From Patescibacteria group bacterium (GTDB taxonomy: Bacteria > Patescibacteriota > Microgenomatia > UBA1406 > GWC2-37-13), in contig JBBQLR010000002.1 in NCBI GenBank assembly GCA_038328135.1, forward strand, positions 12,936 to 76,935: 64,000 nt of DNA, written 5' to 3'. Numbering within the stretch: position 1 is the stretch's first letter; each line of letters opens with the position of its first letter. A program made the position numbers and the translations under genes. Below are positions 27,168 through 36,086 of this stretch, piece after piece. The notes below the pieces were generated by a model. It had not been told where the DNA came from. It saw nothing but the letters and a program-made list of their open reading frames with translations, and searched no databases.

Positions 27168-28862
27168 TTACATTTTTTGAACTGTTTGTATTCCGAGCAA
27201 ATTTAGACCATGTTTGACAATAGATGCCACTGCCTTTGTAATGGTAAGACGTATATATTTTTGGTTAGGCTCCGCCTTTAGTATAGGATTCTTTTGGTAG
27301 AACAGGTTATATTCTTTTGATAATTCATAGAGATAACTTGCAATGATGTTTGGCGATAATGTCGATGCTGCTTTATACACTTTATCGGTATATTGGTAGA
27401 TAAGTCGCAACATAAGTTTTTCATCAGGAGAAATGTCTTTTGGATACTGTCCCGAATTTTCTGTTTCTTTTGCTAAGATACTTTGTGTGCGGACATATGT
27501 GTAGAGGATATAGGGAGCGGAATTTCCCTCAAGGGAAATACTCTCATCTATATCAAACGCAATTTGGGTATTTGTTGAATTTTTAAGAAATGAATACTTC
27601 ACTGCTGCAACAGCAAGAGTTTCAACGATATCATTCGCATTCTCAAATTTTTCCAAAATCTTTTTCTTGATTTCATCCAGTAACCAAGATGCTTCAATTA
27701 CATTACCCGTTCTGGACGACATCTTACCCTCCTTCAACTTTACCCATTCATAGGCAAGGTGAAATTGTTTATTCCCGAATTTTTCTTTATCCAATAATTC
27801 TTCGACTTTAAACGTTATTTTAAAGAAGCTGGTTTGTTCTGGTGTAACGACATGGATGCATTTATCGAGTTTTCCAAAATCGCTAAATTCTTTTGCAGCA
27901 AGCCCTAATTCTTTTCCTTCATACGTGGGGTACCCAAGGCTGTTTATAAATACTCTTGTATCCAAGCCATACTGTTCTCCTTTAAAGACAACAGCTCCCT
28001 CGCTTTTTTCAAGGATTCCTTTTTCAAGAAGTTTTTTTGAGGTTTTTAATCCCTGTTCATGTACTTCACTTTCAAAATAACAACGATCAAAGTGGGAATA
28101 AACACGTTTATATATTTCTTCGTAATACTGTAAGCTCCAAGCTCTTGTAGTTGTCCAGAGCTCTGTTATTTCAGGAGAGTCTTTTTCATAAATATGCTTA
28201 TTTATGACAATTATTTCCGCTTTTGAAGCTTCATCTGATTCGTAGGCCGTCTGACCTTCTGAATATCCCCTTCCAAGCAATTTTATTTTTTCTTGCAGCG
28301 AAAGAGCTTCAAATAAGGATTTTCCATCTTTTTCAATCATTTTTTTTATTCCCCAGAGACATTTTGCGATATGAAGGCCAACATCTCCCTGATAATTAGT
28401 CCGGACAACGGTATTTCCAACGGCGGAAAGCATTCTCACGACTGATTCACCAGTAGAAATATTTCGTAAATGGCCGATATGGAACAATTTATGAGTATTG
28501 GGATGTGCAAACTCTACCATCGCTTTTTTTTCACTACCATAATAAAAAGTTTGAATAGCAAATATATTATTTACAGCCTTTTCAAGAGGTGTGATTAGCT
28601 CTTTTTTAGATAGCCAAATATTGATAAATCCAGGCTTAAGAACCTGAATCGATTCAATATACTCATTCGGCTTTATTTGAGATTTAATTTTTTCTGCTAG
28701 TTCAAGAGGGTTTTTCTTTAATTGTTTTGCTAGTATGAGGGCAATATTCGTCGAGAAATCCCCAAACTGAAGTTGGGGAATACTGATAGGTACTTCACCT
28801 GAAAAATCGATTTGGTTTTTTAGGATAGCTTTTGTAACTAGTTCTTTGATTTTCAATTCCAT
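27168..28862 (-). CDS. argS: arginine--tRNA ligase
   Basis: HIGH (HIGHLRN) and MSSRTG (KMSKS-type) class I motifs; anticodon-binding DALR domain length. Confidence 0.92.
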   Translation of the reverse strand: MELKIKELVTKAILKNQIDFSGEVPISIPQLQFGDFSTNIALILAKQLKKNPLELAEKIKSQIKPNEYIESIQVLKPGFINIWLSKKELITPLEKAVNNIFAIQTFYYGSEKKAMVEFAHPNTHKLFHIGHLRNISTGESVVRMLSAVGNTVVRTNYQGDVGLHIAKCLWGIKKMIEKDGKSLFEALSLQEKIKLLGRGYSEGQTAYESDEASKAEIIVINKHIYEKDSPEITELWTTTRAWSLQYYEEIYKRVYSHFDRCYFESEVHEQGLKTSKKLLEKGILEKSEGAVVFKGEQYGLDTRVFINSLGYPTYEGKELGLAAKEFSDFGKLDKCIHVVTPEQTSFFKITFKVEELLDKEKFGNKQFHLAYEWVKLKEGKMSSRTGNVIEASWLLDEIKKKILEKFENANDIVETLAVAAVKYSFLKNSTNTQIAFDIDESISLEGNSAPYILYTYVRTQSILAKETENSGQYPKDISPDEKLMLRLIYQYTDKVYKAASTLSPNIIASYLYELSKEYNLFYQKNPILKAEPNQKYIRLTITKAVASIVKHGLNLLGIQTVQKM

Positions 28863-28877
28863 ATTTTGTATATCATA

Positions 28878-29930
28878 TCACAATTCGGTGATACATTTTT
28901 TTATAATCTCGCATAATAACTGTAAGTCTATAACGGCAACCTGTTCTTCTGTAGTATGAGGTTTTTTGATTCCATCAGTCAGATTAACGGTTTCTATTCC
29001 CTGTGCATTTAAAACATTTGCATCGCTAATCCCTGAATGCATAAAAAATGTAGTATTTATGTTCAATTTCGTAAATACCTCGGAAATAGATTCGATAAAT
29101 AGAGCATCTTTCTCATGGGTATACCCAGCACAGAATCCGGATAGTTTAAAATCTACTCCAGCTCCAGTTTTTTTCGCCTGAGTATGTGCAATTGTTTTTA
29201 TATTCTGAATATGTTTATTAAATAATAGCTCACTATAGCTTCTTACTTCACCCTGAATTTGGATGAGATTTGGTACTATATTTATTCCCGCTCCTCCTTT
29301 TATAAGTCCAATATTTACAGTCGTTTCTCCTGCATCGAGATTGCCAACTGGAATTTGTACCATGGCTTCGAAAGCGGGCATGAAGGCATTGATACCCGTA
29401 TCCGGTTTGGAGGAATGGGTTGATATTCCGGTAAATTGGAGGTCGAAATTGGTGATGAAAGGAGATCTAAGCACGATACCGCCCAACGGGTTTGCACTGT
29501 CGAATATCAATGATTTCTTTGATTGAATTAAATCAAATTGAAAAAATTCAACACCACCACCAGTTTCCTCTTTCACTGTAAAAAGAAGTTCAATCGCACG
29601 ATTGTTTGTGGTTGTTTCAAGCGCGCACAAAAGGGAGGCTATGAAAGCTTTATTATCCGCCCCCAAAATTGTTTTCCCATCAGATGTAATTACTCCGTCT
29701 TTAACGATTGGATTTATATTCTCTCCCGGTTGGACCGTGTCCATATGTGCACAAAGTAATAGAGGTTCGCCATTCGCATTATTTTTAGCTAAAATATTTC
29801 CAACAGTATCGATTTGAAATGTAAAATCATGTGTTGTTAACCAATTTTGCAAATAAACGCTCATAAGTCCTTCTTTTCCTGAAGGACTGGAAATTTTGAC
29901 GAGTTCGATGAATTGTGATGTGATATCCAT
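28878..29930 (-). CDS. M20 family metallo-hydrolase (ArgE/PepT-like deacylase or peptidase)
   Basis: HMDTV, GADNKA and KEETGGG metal/catalytic motifs. Specificity cannot be read from the sequence. Confidence 0.75.
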   Translation of the reverse strand: MDITSQFIELVKISSPSGKEGLMSVYLQNWLTTHDFTFQIDTVGNILAKNNANGEPLLLCAHMDTVQPGENINPIVKDGVITSDGKTILGADNKAFIASLLCALETTTNNRAIELLFTVKEETGGGVEFFQFDLIQSKKSLIFDSANPLGGIVLRSPFITNFDLQFTGISTHSSKPDTGINAFMPAFEAMVQIPVGNLDAGETTVNIGLIKGGAGINIVPNLIQIQGEVRSYSELLFNKHIQNIKTIAHTQAKKTGAGVDFKLSGFCAGYTHEKDALFIESISEVFTKLNINTTFFMHSGISDANVLNAQGIETVNLTDGIKKPHTTEEQVAVIDLQLLCEIIKKCITEL

Positions 29931-29945
29931 ATAGTTAATAGTAAC

Positions 29946-30584
29946 TTATGGCGAATATAAAACGGGTTCATAAATGAAAATGGTTGATTCTGGCTCCCAG
30001 CCATCAAGGACATCAATACCCAGCTCAGCCAATGCTTTTTCTCTTTCCACAATTCTCCATTGGAGTCGTTTAAACACATGAAGAGAAGCCACATTGTCAA
30101 TTGTCACTACTGCTATTCTTTTAATTCCTGGGTACATTGAATTGCTGTCTTCAACCATTTGAGTTACTAATGCTCCCCCTAATCCTCTTCCTTGTTCTGC
30201 AGTATCCACAACGAGACTTCCGATTTCAACGCAGACAGGAACGGTATTTCCATTATAAATATCATCAAAATGTTCAGGCACTTCCGCCATTGCCCCTTTT
30301 TTTATTTCACACATATCATTTGACCCGACTACCCATGGAGACATCTTCACATAACCCGTGAGGGTATCCATATGATTTGTGGCAACAAGCGCATGTCCGG
30401 TTTCAATCGCGAATTGGAGGTTTTGAATAGGTGGTTGGAATGTATGTTCTCCACCCAATCTGAATAATAATTCAGAAGCCTGGGTTGCCCATCCTAATTT
30501 TGTATTGGGGTTTTGTGAATTCATCGATTCATGACTGAGAACCGAAATATGATGAGCAAAACCCTTATTATCAATCTCCGCCAT
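29946..30584 (-). CDS. GNAT-fold acetyltransferase-like protein (212 aa)
   Basis: Acetyl-CoA motif A: EQGRGLGGALV. Paralogous in layout to the 200-aa protein at 32056..32658. Confidence 0.6.
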   Translation of the reverse strand: MAEIDNKGFAHHISVLSHESMNSQNPNTKLGWATQASELLFRLGGEHTFQPPIQNLQFAIETGHALVATNHMDTLTGYVKMSPWVVGSNDMCEIKKGAMAEVPEHFDDIYNGNTVPVCVEIGSLVVDTAEQGRGLGGALVTQMVEDSNSMYPGIKRIAVVTIDNVASLHVFKRLQWRIVEREKALAELGIDVLDGWEPESTIFIYEPVLYSP

Positions 30585-30599
30585 AGGTATATTATTGAA

Positions 30600-32090
30600 T
30601 TATTTCTCGATACATTTTGTAACTTCTATAAGTAAATCTTGTTCTGCCTTAAGAAAATTATTCTCCTGTGTTTTATTCCATGATTCCAATCCTTTTAATT
30701 CTTTTTTCAATTTTTTATTGATTTTTAGAACATGTGTTGGTCCGGCAGTACCATCATATTGATATTGTTCTAATGCGTTATTTACGTCGAAAACCTCTTC
30801 GATAAACTTCTGCTCAATAGAAATAACACTTCCAGTAAGCTGTTTGACGGCAATTTCAACTACTTGATTATCAATCAAAGAGATATCACCCTTGACGATC
30901 CCTACAGATTTTCCGACAATCTTATGTGCTGTTCTGAAGGGGATTTTATATTTTTTTACCAGTTCATCAGCCAATTTTGTTGGGAGGGTAGATACGACCC
31001 CTGCTTTCATTACTTCCGGATTAGCCTTTAACTTGGATATCATATCTCCAACTATCAAAACGGTATTTACCGATTCTTCTAGAGACGATAGTATAGCTAT
31101 TTTACTTTCAGCACTATCTCTATTGTAACCGGATGGAGTCCCTTTCATAGCGATAAGAGCGTGATTTAGATTGGCAATTAATTTTGCACTTTTACCCTTT
31201 ATTTTTTCTGCAATATCGGGGTTCATTTTCTGTGGCATTATAGATGATCCTGTTGTAAATTCTTCTGAGATTGCAATATAATTTAATTCAGGAAGACTCC
31301 AAATGATAATATCTTCCATCATTCTCGATAAAATAGTCAGAAATAATGTGAGTTGACTTATAATTGCAGCATCTTCAATTCCTCTGTTATTTATTGCACT
31401 CAATGCATTGTTGAATGGTTTGGAAAATCCAAGTAAATTTGCTGTCATCTCGGTATTAATTTTCCAATTCACCCCATATGAAGCTCCAGCACCAAGAGGA
31501 CAGGAATCATAGACTTCACATGTGTATATCAATAGCTTATGAATACTGAGAATCTGATCTAAATATGATTGCCACCAAAAACCGAAAGAGGAGGGCATTG
31601 CCCCTCTCATATGGGTAAATCCAGGCATAACCGTATATGAGTATTTCTCCGCTTTTTCCCACAGAATAGTTTCAAAGTGTATTAATCCATTAAAAAAATC
31701 GAACAAATATTTTTTTGTGATTAATTTTTGATCAGTAACTGTTTGGTCATTTCTACTTCTTCCAATATGGAACCATTCGGCGTCATCACCGATAAGCTTT
31801 GTCAATTTACTTTCAACATTTTCATGAACGTCACCAATCTGTGGGTCGACTATTTGACCACTCTTGGCTATTGGTAAAAGATTTAACAGACCTTGCAGTA
31901 TTTTTTTAGTGCTTTTTTTTGGGACAATTCCGCACTTCGCCAACATTACATTATGAGCCATTGTTTCCAATAGATAATAGGACGCAATTTTGTTTTCAAT
32001 TACTGTCATTGCTGGGTCCATAATAAATTGATCTGTTTTTTGAGAGGGCCCTTGGTTATAAATCCCCCCATAGATTTTGTTGTTTGACAT
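30600..32090 (-). CDS. argH: argininosuccinate lyase
   Basis: GRSRNDQTVTD and GSSIMPQKMNPD fumarate-lyase/ArgH signatures. Confidence 0.9.
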   Translation of the reverse strand: MSNNKIYGGIYNQGPSQKTDQFIMDPAMTVIENKIASYYLLETMAHNVMLAKCGIVPKKSTKKILQGLLNLLPIAKSGQIVDPQIGDVHENVESKLTKLIGDDAEWFHIGRSRNDQTVTDQKLITKKYLFDFFNGLIHFETILWEKAEKYSYTVMPGFTHMRGAMPSSFGFWWQSYLDQILSIHKLLIYTCEVYDSCPLGAGASYGVNWKINTEMTANLLGFSKPFNNALSAINNRGIEDAAIISQLTLFLTILSRMMEDIIIWSLPELNYIAISEEFTTGSSIMPQKMNPDIAEKIKGKSAKLIANLNHALIAMKGTPSGYNRDSAESKIAILSSLEESVNTVLIVGDMISKLKANPEVMKAGVVSTLPTKLADELVKKYKIPFRTAHKIVGKSVGIVKGDISLIDNQVVEIAVKQLTGSVISIEQKFIEEVFDVNNALEQYQYDGTAGPTHVLKINKKLKKELKGLESWNKTQENNFLKAEQDLLIEVTKCIEK

Positions 32091-32658
32091 AGTCTTGGTA
32101 TAGTGAACTGGTAATCATTCCCTTCATATCAATAATAGTTTCAGGATGATCCGTCTCACCCTCCTGAGCCGCCAACATATTAGGAACGTAAGATGGGCGT
32201 TTTATAATAGTTCCACCATAAGACAATAATATACGTAGAGGCATGGGATTATCAGAGGAACATACCGCAAATAGATCGGCTTGAGGATCAAATTTGTCGT
32301 GGTATGCCTTAATCGCCCCAACTAACGCTAAAGTACCATAGCCCTTACCTCCACTAGAAGAAAACCAAGTGGAGAATTCGTACCCCAGAACATCACCCTC
32401 CGTTGCCACATAGGGGTACAATTTTGCAAAAGCCATCAATTGGCTATCGACCATTACTGCAGAGGCTAAGCCTTCTTTCATAAACTCTATGAGTTTTTCT
32501 TTCGTTTGTTTTACCATGTGACCAGACGCAACATGAGAGGCTAGTATGGGTAACGCTTGATTAGCTATAAGTTGTTTATGCGCATGGGGAACCGTCTGTA
32601 TAGCTTTTCCAGCATATATAGTCGTACACATCTTAACAATTTTTTGTTTGTTTTTCAT
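32056..32658 (-). CDS. GNAT-like protein (200 aa) between argG and argH
   Basis: Start at MKNKQK forms an ATGA overlap with the argG stop. SSGGKGYGTLALVGAI resembles GNAT motif A. The track ORF from 32751 is an over-extension inside argG. Confidence 0.5.
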   Translation of the reverse strand: MKNKQKIVKMCTTIYAGKAIQTVPHAHKQLIANQALPILASHVASGHMVKQTKEKLIEFMKEGLASAVMVDSQLMAFAKLYPYVATEGDVLGYEFSTWFSSSGGKGYGTLALVGAIKAYHDKFDPQADLFAVCSSDNPMPLRILLSYGGTIIKRPSYVPNMLAAQEGETDHPETIIDMKGMITSSLYQDYVKQQNLWGDL

Positions 32659-33869
32659 TGTAGACTCCCTCCTTTTGTTGATTTTTTTGCTGCGATTACT
32701 GACTGCAATCCATAGAGCTTTACAAATCCATTCACCTCTTCTTTTGTCCATGATTTACTTTGAGCATACTGAGCCACTTTTGGATCGATAAGGGACTGAG
32801 GAGTCAATACTGATACAGGTAGTGCATTGCCATATTCTAGTTTCATCAGTACTTTCCCCGTGACTTTCTTTTGTTGTGAAGTAATAAATGCCTTCAGATC
32901 CGTAACAAATGGATTATAGAATTTTCCATTATAAATATATTCAGTCAGTTCTTTGTCGATAGACTCACCAAAATATATCTGTGGTTTTGCCAAGACATAT
33001 TGTTCGAGGGCTTTATGGGCTTTTATGAGGAATAAGAGGCCAGGAGCTTCAAAGACAAGATGGCCTTTAATACCAATCATGCAGTCACCGGTATAATATT
33101 CTTTACCAAAGCCGTATTTCCCAACCTCGGTATTGAGTATATCTAGAATGGTCCATCCCTCCATGGATTTTCCATTTAGTTTGTAAGGAACCCCTTCCTG
33201 GAAATCAATTTCAAAATACTCTTGTTTATCTGTTTTTTCACCAGTTACCCAGCTAAACATATTCTGTTCCGGTTCACAGTTTTCGTCAATTTCAGAACCA
33301 GAATAGGTAATACCGGCAAGACTCACATTAATACTATATTTTTTATGAGTTGCACTCACGTTATACCCTTTTTTAGCTAGATATTGCTTTTCTTCTTCTC
33401 TATTACCGCCCATGTCCTTAATCGGTTCAATTATTTCAATATCCGGAGCAAGAATTTTTGCCGTGATATTGAAGCGAATTTGATCGTTGCCCATACCTGT
33501 ATTGCCATTAGCGATGGCTTGTGCTTTTTCCTTCTTGGCAATTTCAACGCATTTTTCAACGATATGATAACGCTGAGATGAGACTATATTTGGATAGAAG
33601 CCTTCATACAAGCCATTGGATTTAATAATCCAAGACAGCATCGAATCAAAGTAGTATTTTTTTGAGTCGATTTGATAATGTTTTATTGCCCCCAATTGCT
33701 TTGATTTTTGCGCTATCTCCTCTTTTTCTGCATGGGAAAAGCCACCAGAATCCACTGTTACAGTAATAACCTCAAATCCTTTATCCATAAGATAAGGGAC
33801 GCAGAAACTCGTATCTAGGCCGCCTGAAAATGCTAAAATGACTTTTTTTTGATCTTTATTTTTTTTCAT
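32655..33869 (-). CDS. argG: argininosuccinate synthase (divergent)
   Basis: AFSGGLDTS PP-loop, NGNTGMGNDQIRF (canonical xGxTGKGNDQVRF), and C-terminal synthetase domain. Confidence 0.85.
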   Translation of the reverse strand: MKKNKDQKKVILAFSGGLDTSFCVPYLMDKGFEVITVTVDSGGFSHAEKEEIAQKSKQLGAIKHYQIDSKKYYFDSMLSWIIKSNGLYEGFYPNIVSSQRYHIVEKCVEIAKKEKAQAIANGNTGMGNDQIRFNITAKILAPDIEIIEPIKDMGGNREEEKQYLAKKGYNVSATHKKYSINVSLAGITYSGSEIDENCEPEQNMFSWVTGEKTDKQEYFEIDFQEGVPYKLNGKSMEGWTILDILNTEVGKYGFGKEYYTGDCMIGIKGHLVFEAPGLLFLIKAHKALEQYVLAKPQIYFGESIDKELTEYIYNGKFYNPFVTDLKAFITSQQKKVTGKVLMKLEYGNALPVSVLTPQSLIDPKVAQYAQSKSWTKEEVNGFVKLYGLQSVIAAKKSTKGGSLQ

Positions 33870-33892
33870 AAGTGTATAAATGTTGTTAACCC

Positions 33893-33920
33893 AAAAAAAA
33901 TCCCCCGTAAATTGCGGGGG
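33893..33920 (-). terminator. intrinsic terminator 23 nt upstream of the argG start (attenuator terminator)
   Basis: Minus strand CCCCCG / loop CAAUUUA / CGGGGG, then A plus U8 (plus 33893-33900). Confidence 0.7.
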
Positions 33921-33974
33921 TGAGTAGTAGTGAAAGGGTTATTTATTTTGCAGAACAATACCTACTACTCTCCC
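33918..33974 (-). promoter_or_regulatory. putative antiterminator helix competing with the argG leader terminator
   Basis: GGGAGAGUAGUAG (plus 33962-33974) pairs with CUACUACUCACCC (plus 33918-33930): 12 bp with one A.A mismatch. The final CCC belongs to the terminator 5' arm. Confidence 0.55.
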
Positions 33975-34023
33975 TGGAGCTTCGCCTTAAGCAAGTGAAT
34001 TGGGATGTACTAATAGATATCAT
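33943..34023 (-). CDS. putative argG leader peptide, 26 codons with 4 Arg codons
   Basis: MISISTSQFTCLRRSSRESSRYCSAK. The ATG lies 7 nt after a -10 box (leaderless geometry). Arg codons at 13, 14, 17 and 21. The ORF overlaps the antiterminator 5' strand. Confidence 0.45.
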   Translation of the reverse strand: MISISTSQFTCLRRSSRESSRYCSAK

Positions 34024-34030
34024 AAATGTC

Positions 34031-34059
34031 ATTTTACAGAATAGTCCTATAATTGTCAA
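34031..34059 (-). promoter_or_regulatory. sigma-70-type promoter of the argG leader
   Basis: Minus strand TTGACA (34059-34054), 17 nt, TAAAAT (34036-34031). Confidence 0.65.
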
Positions 34060-34085
34060 ATTATTTTCGGGGCTTTGTAAAACAC

Positions 34086-34114
34086 TTGTCTTGAGGGAAA
34101 TGAAGAACTACAAT
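34086..34114 (+). promoter_or_regulatory. promoter of the PEGA/SH3 gene
   Basis: TTGTCT 34086-34091, 17 nt, TACAAT 34109-34114, 8 nt, ATG 34123. No SD. Confidence 0.5.
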
Positions 34115-34122
34115 ATGAATGT

Positions 34123-34974
34123 ATGAAAGGGAAGTTAAAGTTTATTGCTGTTTTAAGCATCGCATTTGTCGCCTTTGTGCTGATTAAGCTTTTCTTTGAT
34201 ATAGCCTCAAAAAAAGAGGGAAGACTACAGGTTTTTTCACGGCCCAGTGCGGCTGTTTTTGTTGACAATGTGATGAAAGGTAATACGCCGTATGTAAATA
34301 CATTTAAAGAGGGTGAATATCTCCTTAAAATCGTTCCTGATGGTGTGGCTACCTCAGCTGCATCATGGCAGAAAAAAATATCTATATTTTCCGGAGCTCT
34401 CACCTATGTCGACGTGCAGCTGGAAAGCACTGATATTTCCACATGGGCAGACTTGTATTGGTTAACGAAATTAGGCGGATTTAGCTCGGCAAGTGGGCTC
34501 ACCATAGAGACGGAGCCATCTGGTGCTTTACTATATATCGATAATGATGAAAAAGGGGTATCCCCTCTCACGTTGGAAAACGTATCGCAGGGAAGTCATG
34601 AATTGTCTGTATTTATGCCGGGATTCAGCAGAAGATCAAAGAAAATAAATATAAGCCCTGGGTTTCAACTGCATGGATATATTAAGCTTGCTCTTGACCC
34701 CAGCCAAAAGTCCCAATACTCAATAATAGAACCCTCTCCAATCGCAACTGCTTCAGCTTTAGTTAAAGAACCAGCAAATACCGTTCGTATCCTTGACACA
34801 CCAACAGGTTGGCTTCGCGTACGAAATGAGCCTACTCTTGAAGGAAGTGAATCCGCACGAGTTAACCCTGGTCAGCGATTTGAACTACTTGAAGAGCAGG
34901 CAGGATGGTATAAAATCAAGATAGATTCAGCTGTGCAAGGATGGATTTCTTCCCAATACGCAGAAAAAAAGTAA
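34123..34974 (+). CDS. membrane-anchored protein with two PEGA domains and a C-terminal bacterial SH3 domain
   Basis: N-terminal TM. PEGA-like repeats (VFVDNVMKGNTPY, LYIDNDEKGVSPL). C-terminal GWLRVRNEP...GWYKI...GWISSQY is SH3b-like. Confidence 0.7.
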   Translation: MKGKLKFIAVLSIAFVAFVLIKLFFDIASKKEGRLQVFSRPSAAVFVDNVMKGNTPYVNTFKEGEYLLKIVPDGVATSAASWQKKISIFSGALTYVDVQLESTDISTWADLYWLTKLGGFSSASGLTIETEPSGALLYIDNDEKGVSPLTLENVSQGSHELSVFMPGFSRRSKKINISPGFQLHGYIKLALDPSQKSQYSIIEPSPIATASALVKEPANTVRILDTPTGWLRVRNEPTLEGSESARVNPGQRFELLEEQAGWYKIKIDSAVQGWISSQYAEKK

Positions 34975-34976
34975 CC

Positions 34977-36086
34977 TTATTTCTTCCAAATAACCTTGTT
35001 ATATAAGAAATATGAATAGGGAATAATCAGGAATGCTATGATAGCAATCTTATATAAGATCCAGAAGGATTCATGGTCTCCCAAGAATCTAAGTGCGAGA
35101 AGCATACCAGCCCATTGGATGAAAATCGAACCGGAAGATACGAAATTGAACAACAGAAAACTCTTCAGGAAACTAAAGATCCCACTATCAATTTTTTTGT
35201 GTTTGAAACTCCAAAAATTATTGATGAAAAAATTGCAAATAATAGCAATTTCAGCACTAAATATGGTTGCAGTAGCTTTTGCTATATGGAGAGCGTTGAT
35301 AAAAAAATAAGAGAAACCAAAATCAATTCCAAACCCAAAAAACCCTGTTATAACAAATTTAATAAATGAAGAATGAGTGAGCACATAGGTAAATGTTTGA
35401 ATAATATATTGAATTGAATTTATTTTGGATACTCCCTCCGTCCTATCAATAAATTGGATGGGCACTTCGGCAATTCTAGCCTTTTGATTTATCGCAAAAT
35501 CAAGGAGTGCAACCTGGAAGACATATCCGGAATAAGATTTTACATGGGAAAGAGCCGCCTTTGCGACCCACACTTTGATTGCCCTAAACCCACCCGTCCA
35601 ATCACTTGTTGAAAGTCGCATAAAACCAAGCCGAACAAAGAGATTCGCACCGATTGAAAAAAACTTCCTGTGCAAGCCCCAATTTGCGGGAATAGAACCG
35701 CCCTTAATGTATCGAGAACCGATGACAAAATCCGCGCCCTTTTCAATCTTGTGTAAAAATTCTGGTATATATTTTGGATTATGCGAGAGATCTGCATCCA
35801 TTTCAAATAAGACAAATGGATTCATATGCTCTAAAGCATACGTAAAACCGGTAATATATGCCTTACCCAAACCTTCTTTCTTTGTTTCGATGAAATGGAT
35901 ATGGGAATTGTTTTTCTGTATTTCCTTTACTTCGTCAATGGTGCCATCTGGAGATGAGCTGTCTACGATAAGTAAATCTACCTCCCAATTCGTAATTTTC
36001 GAGGTTGTAAGGACAACCGACTCAATGAGCTGTTTAATATTACCCTTCTCATTGTAAGTGGGAACAACAATTACAGCTTTTTTCAT
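34977..36086 (-). CDS. GT2 polyprenyl-phosphate glycosyltransferase (Dpm1-like) fused to a GtrA-like membrane domain
   Basis: VVPTYNE, DSSSPDGT and MDADLSHNP GT2 motifs, followed by four C-terminal TM helices typical of GtrA. Confidence 0.8.
   Translation of the reverse strand: MKKAVIVVPTYNEKGNIKQLIESVVLTTSKITNWEVDLLIVDSSSPDGTIDEVKEIQKNNSHIHFIETKKEGLGKAYITGFTYALEHMNPFVLFEMDADLSHNPKYIPEFLHKIEKGADFVIGSRYIKGGSIPANWGLHRKFFSIGANLFVRLGFMRLSTSDWTGGFRAIKVWVAKAALSHVKSYSGYVFQVALLDFAINQKARIAEVPIQFIDRTEGVSKINSIQYIIQTFTYVLTHSSFIKFVITGFFGFGIDFGFSYFFINALHIAKATATIFSAEIAIICNFFINNFWSFKHKKIDSGIFSFLKSFLLFNFVSSGSIFIQWAGMLLALRFLGDHESFWILYKIAIIAFLIIPYSYFLYNKVIWKK

Noticed and set aside
33880-34060. Possibility that the argG leader is a T-box, a known riboswitch or a tRNA-like gene.
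   Set aside because: I found no T-box core (AGGGUGGNACCGCG-like), no specifier-loop/K-turn arrangement, no tRNA cloverleaf and no riboswitch core I recognise. I cannot exclude a novel RNA-only sensor without a covariance search, so this stays flagged as a check in the finding.
33920-34403. Track ORFs 33920..34126 (+, 68 aa) and 34056..34403 (-, 115 aa) in the argG upstream region.
   Set aside because: The first lies antisense to the promoter, leader ORF and hairpins. The second overlaps the well-supported PEGA/SH3 gene. Neither has a recognisable motif or sensible start context. The region is better explained as the argG leader plus divergent promoters.
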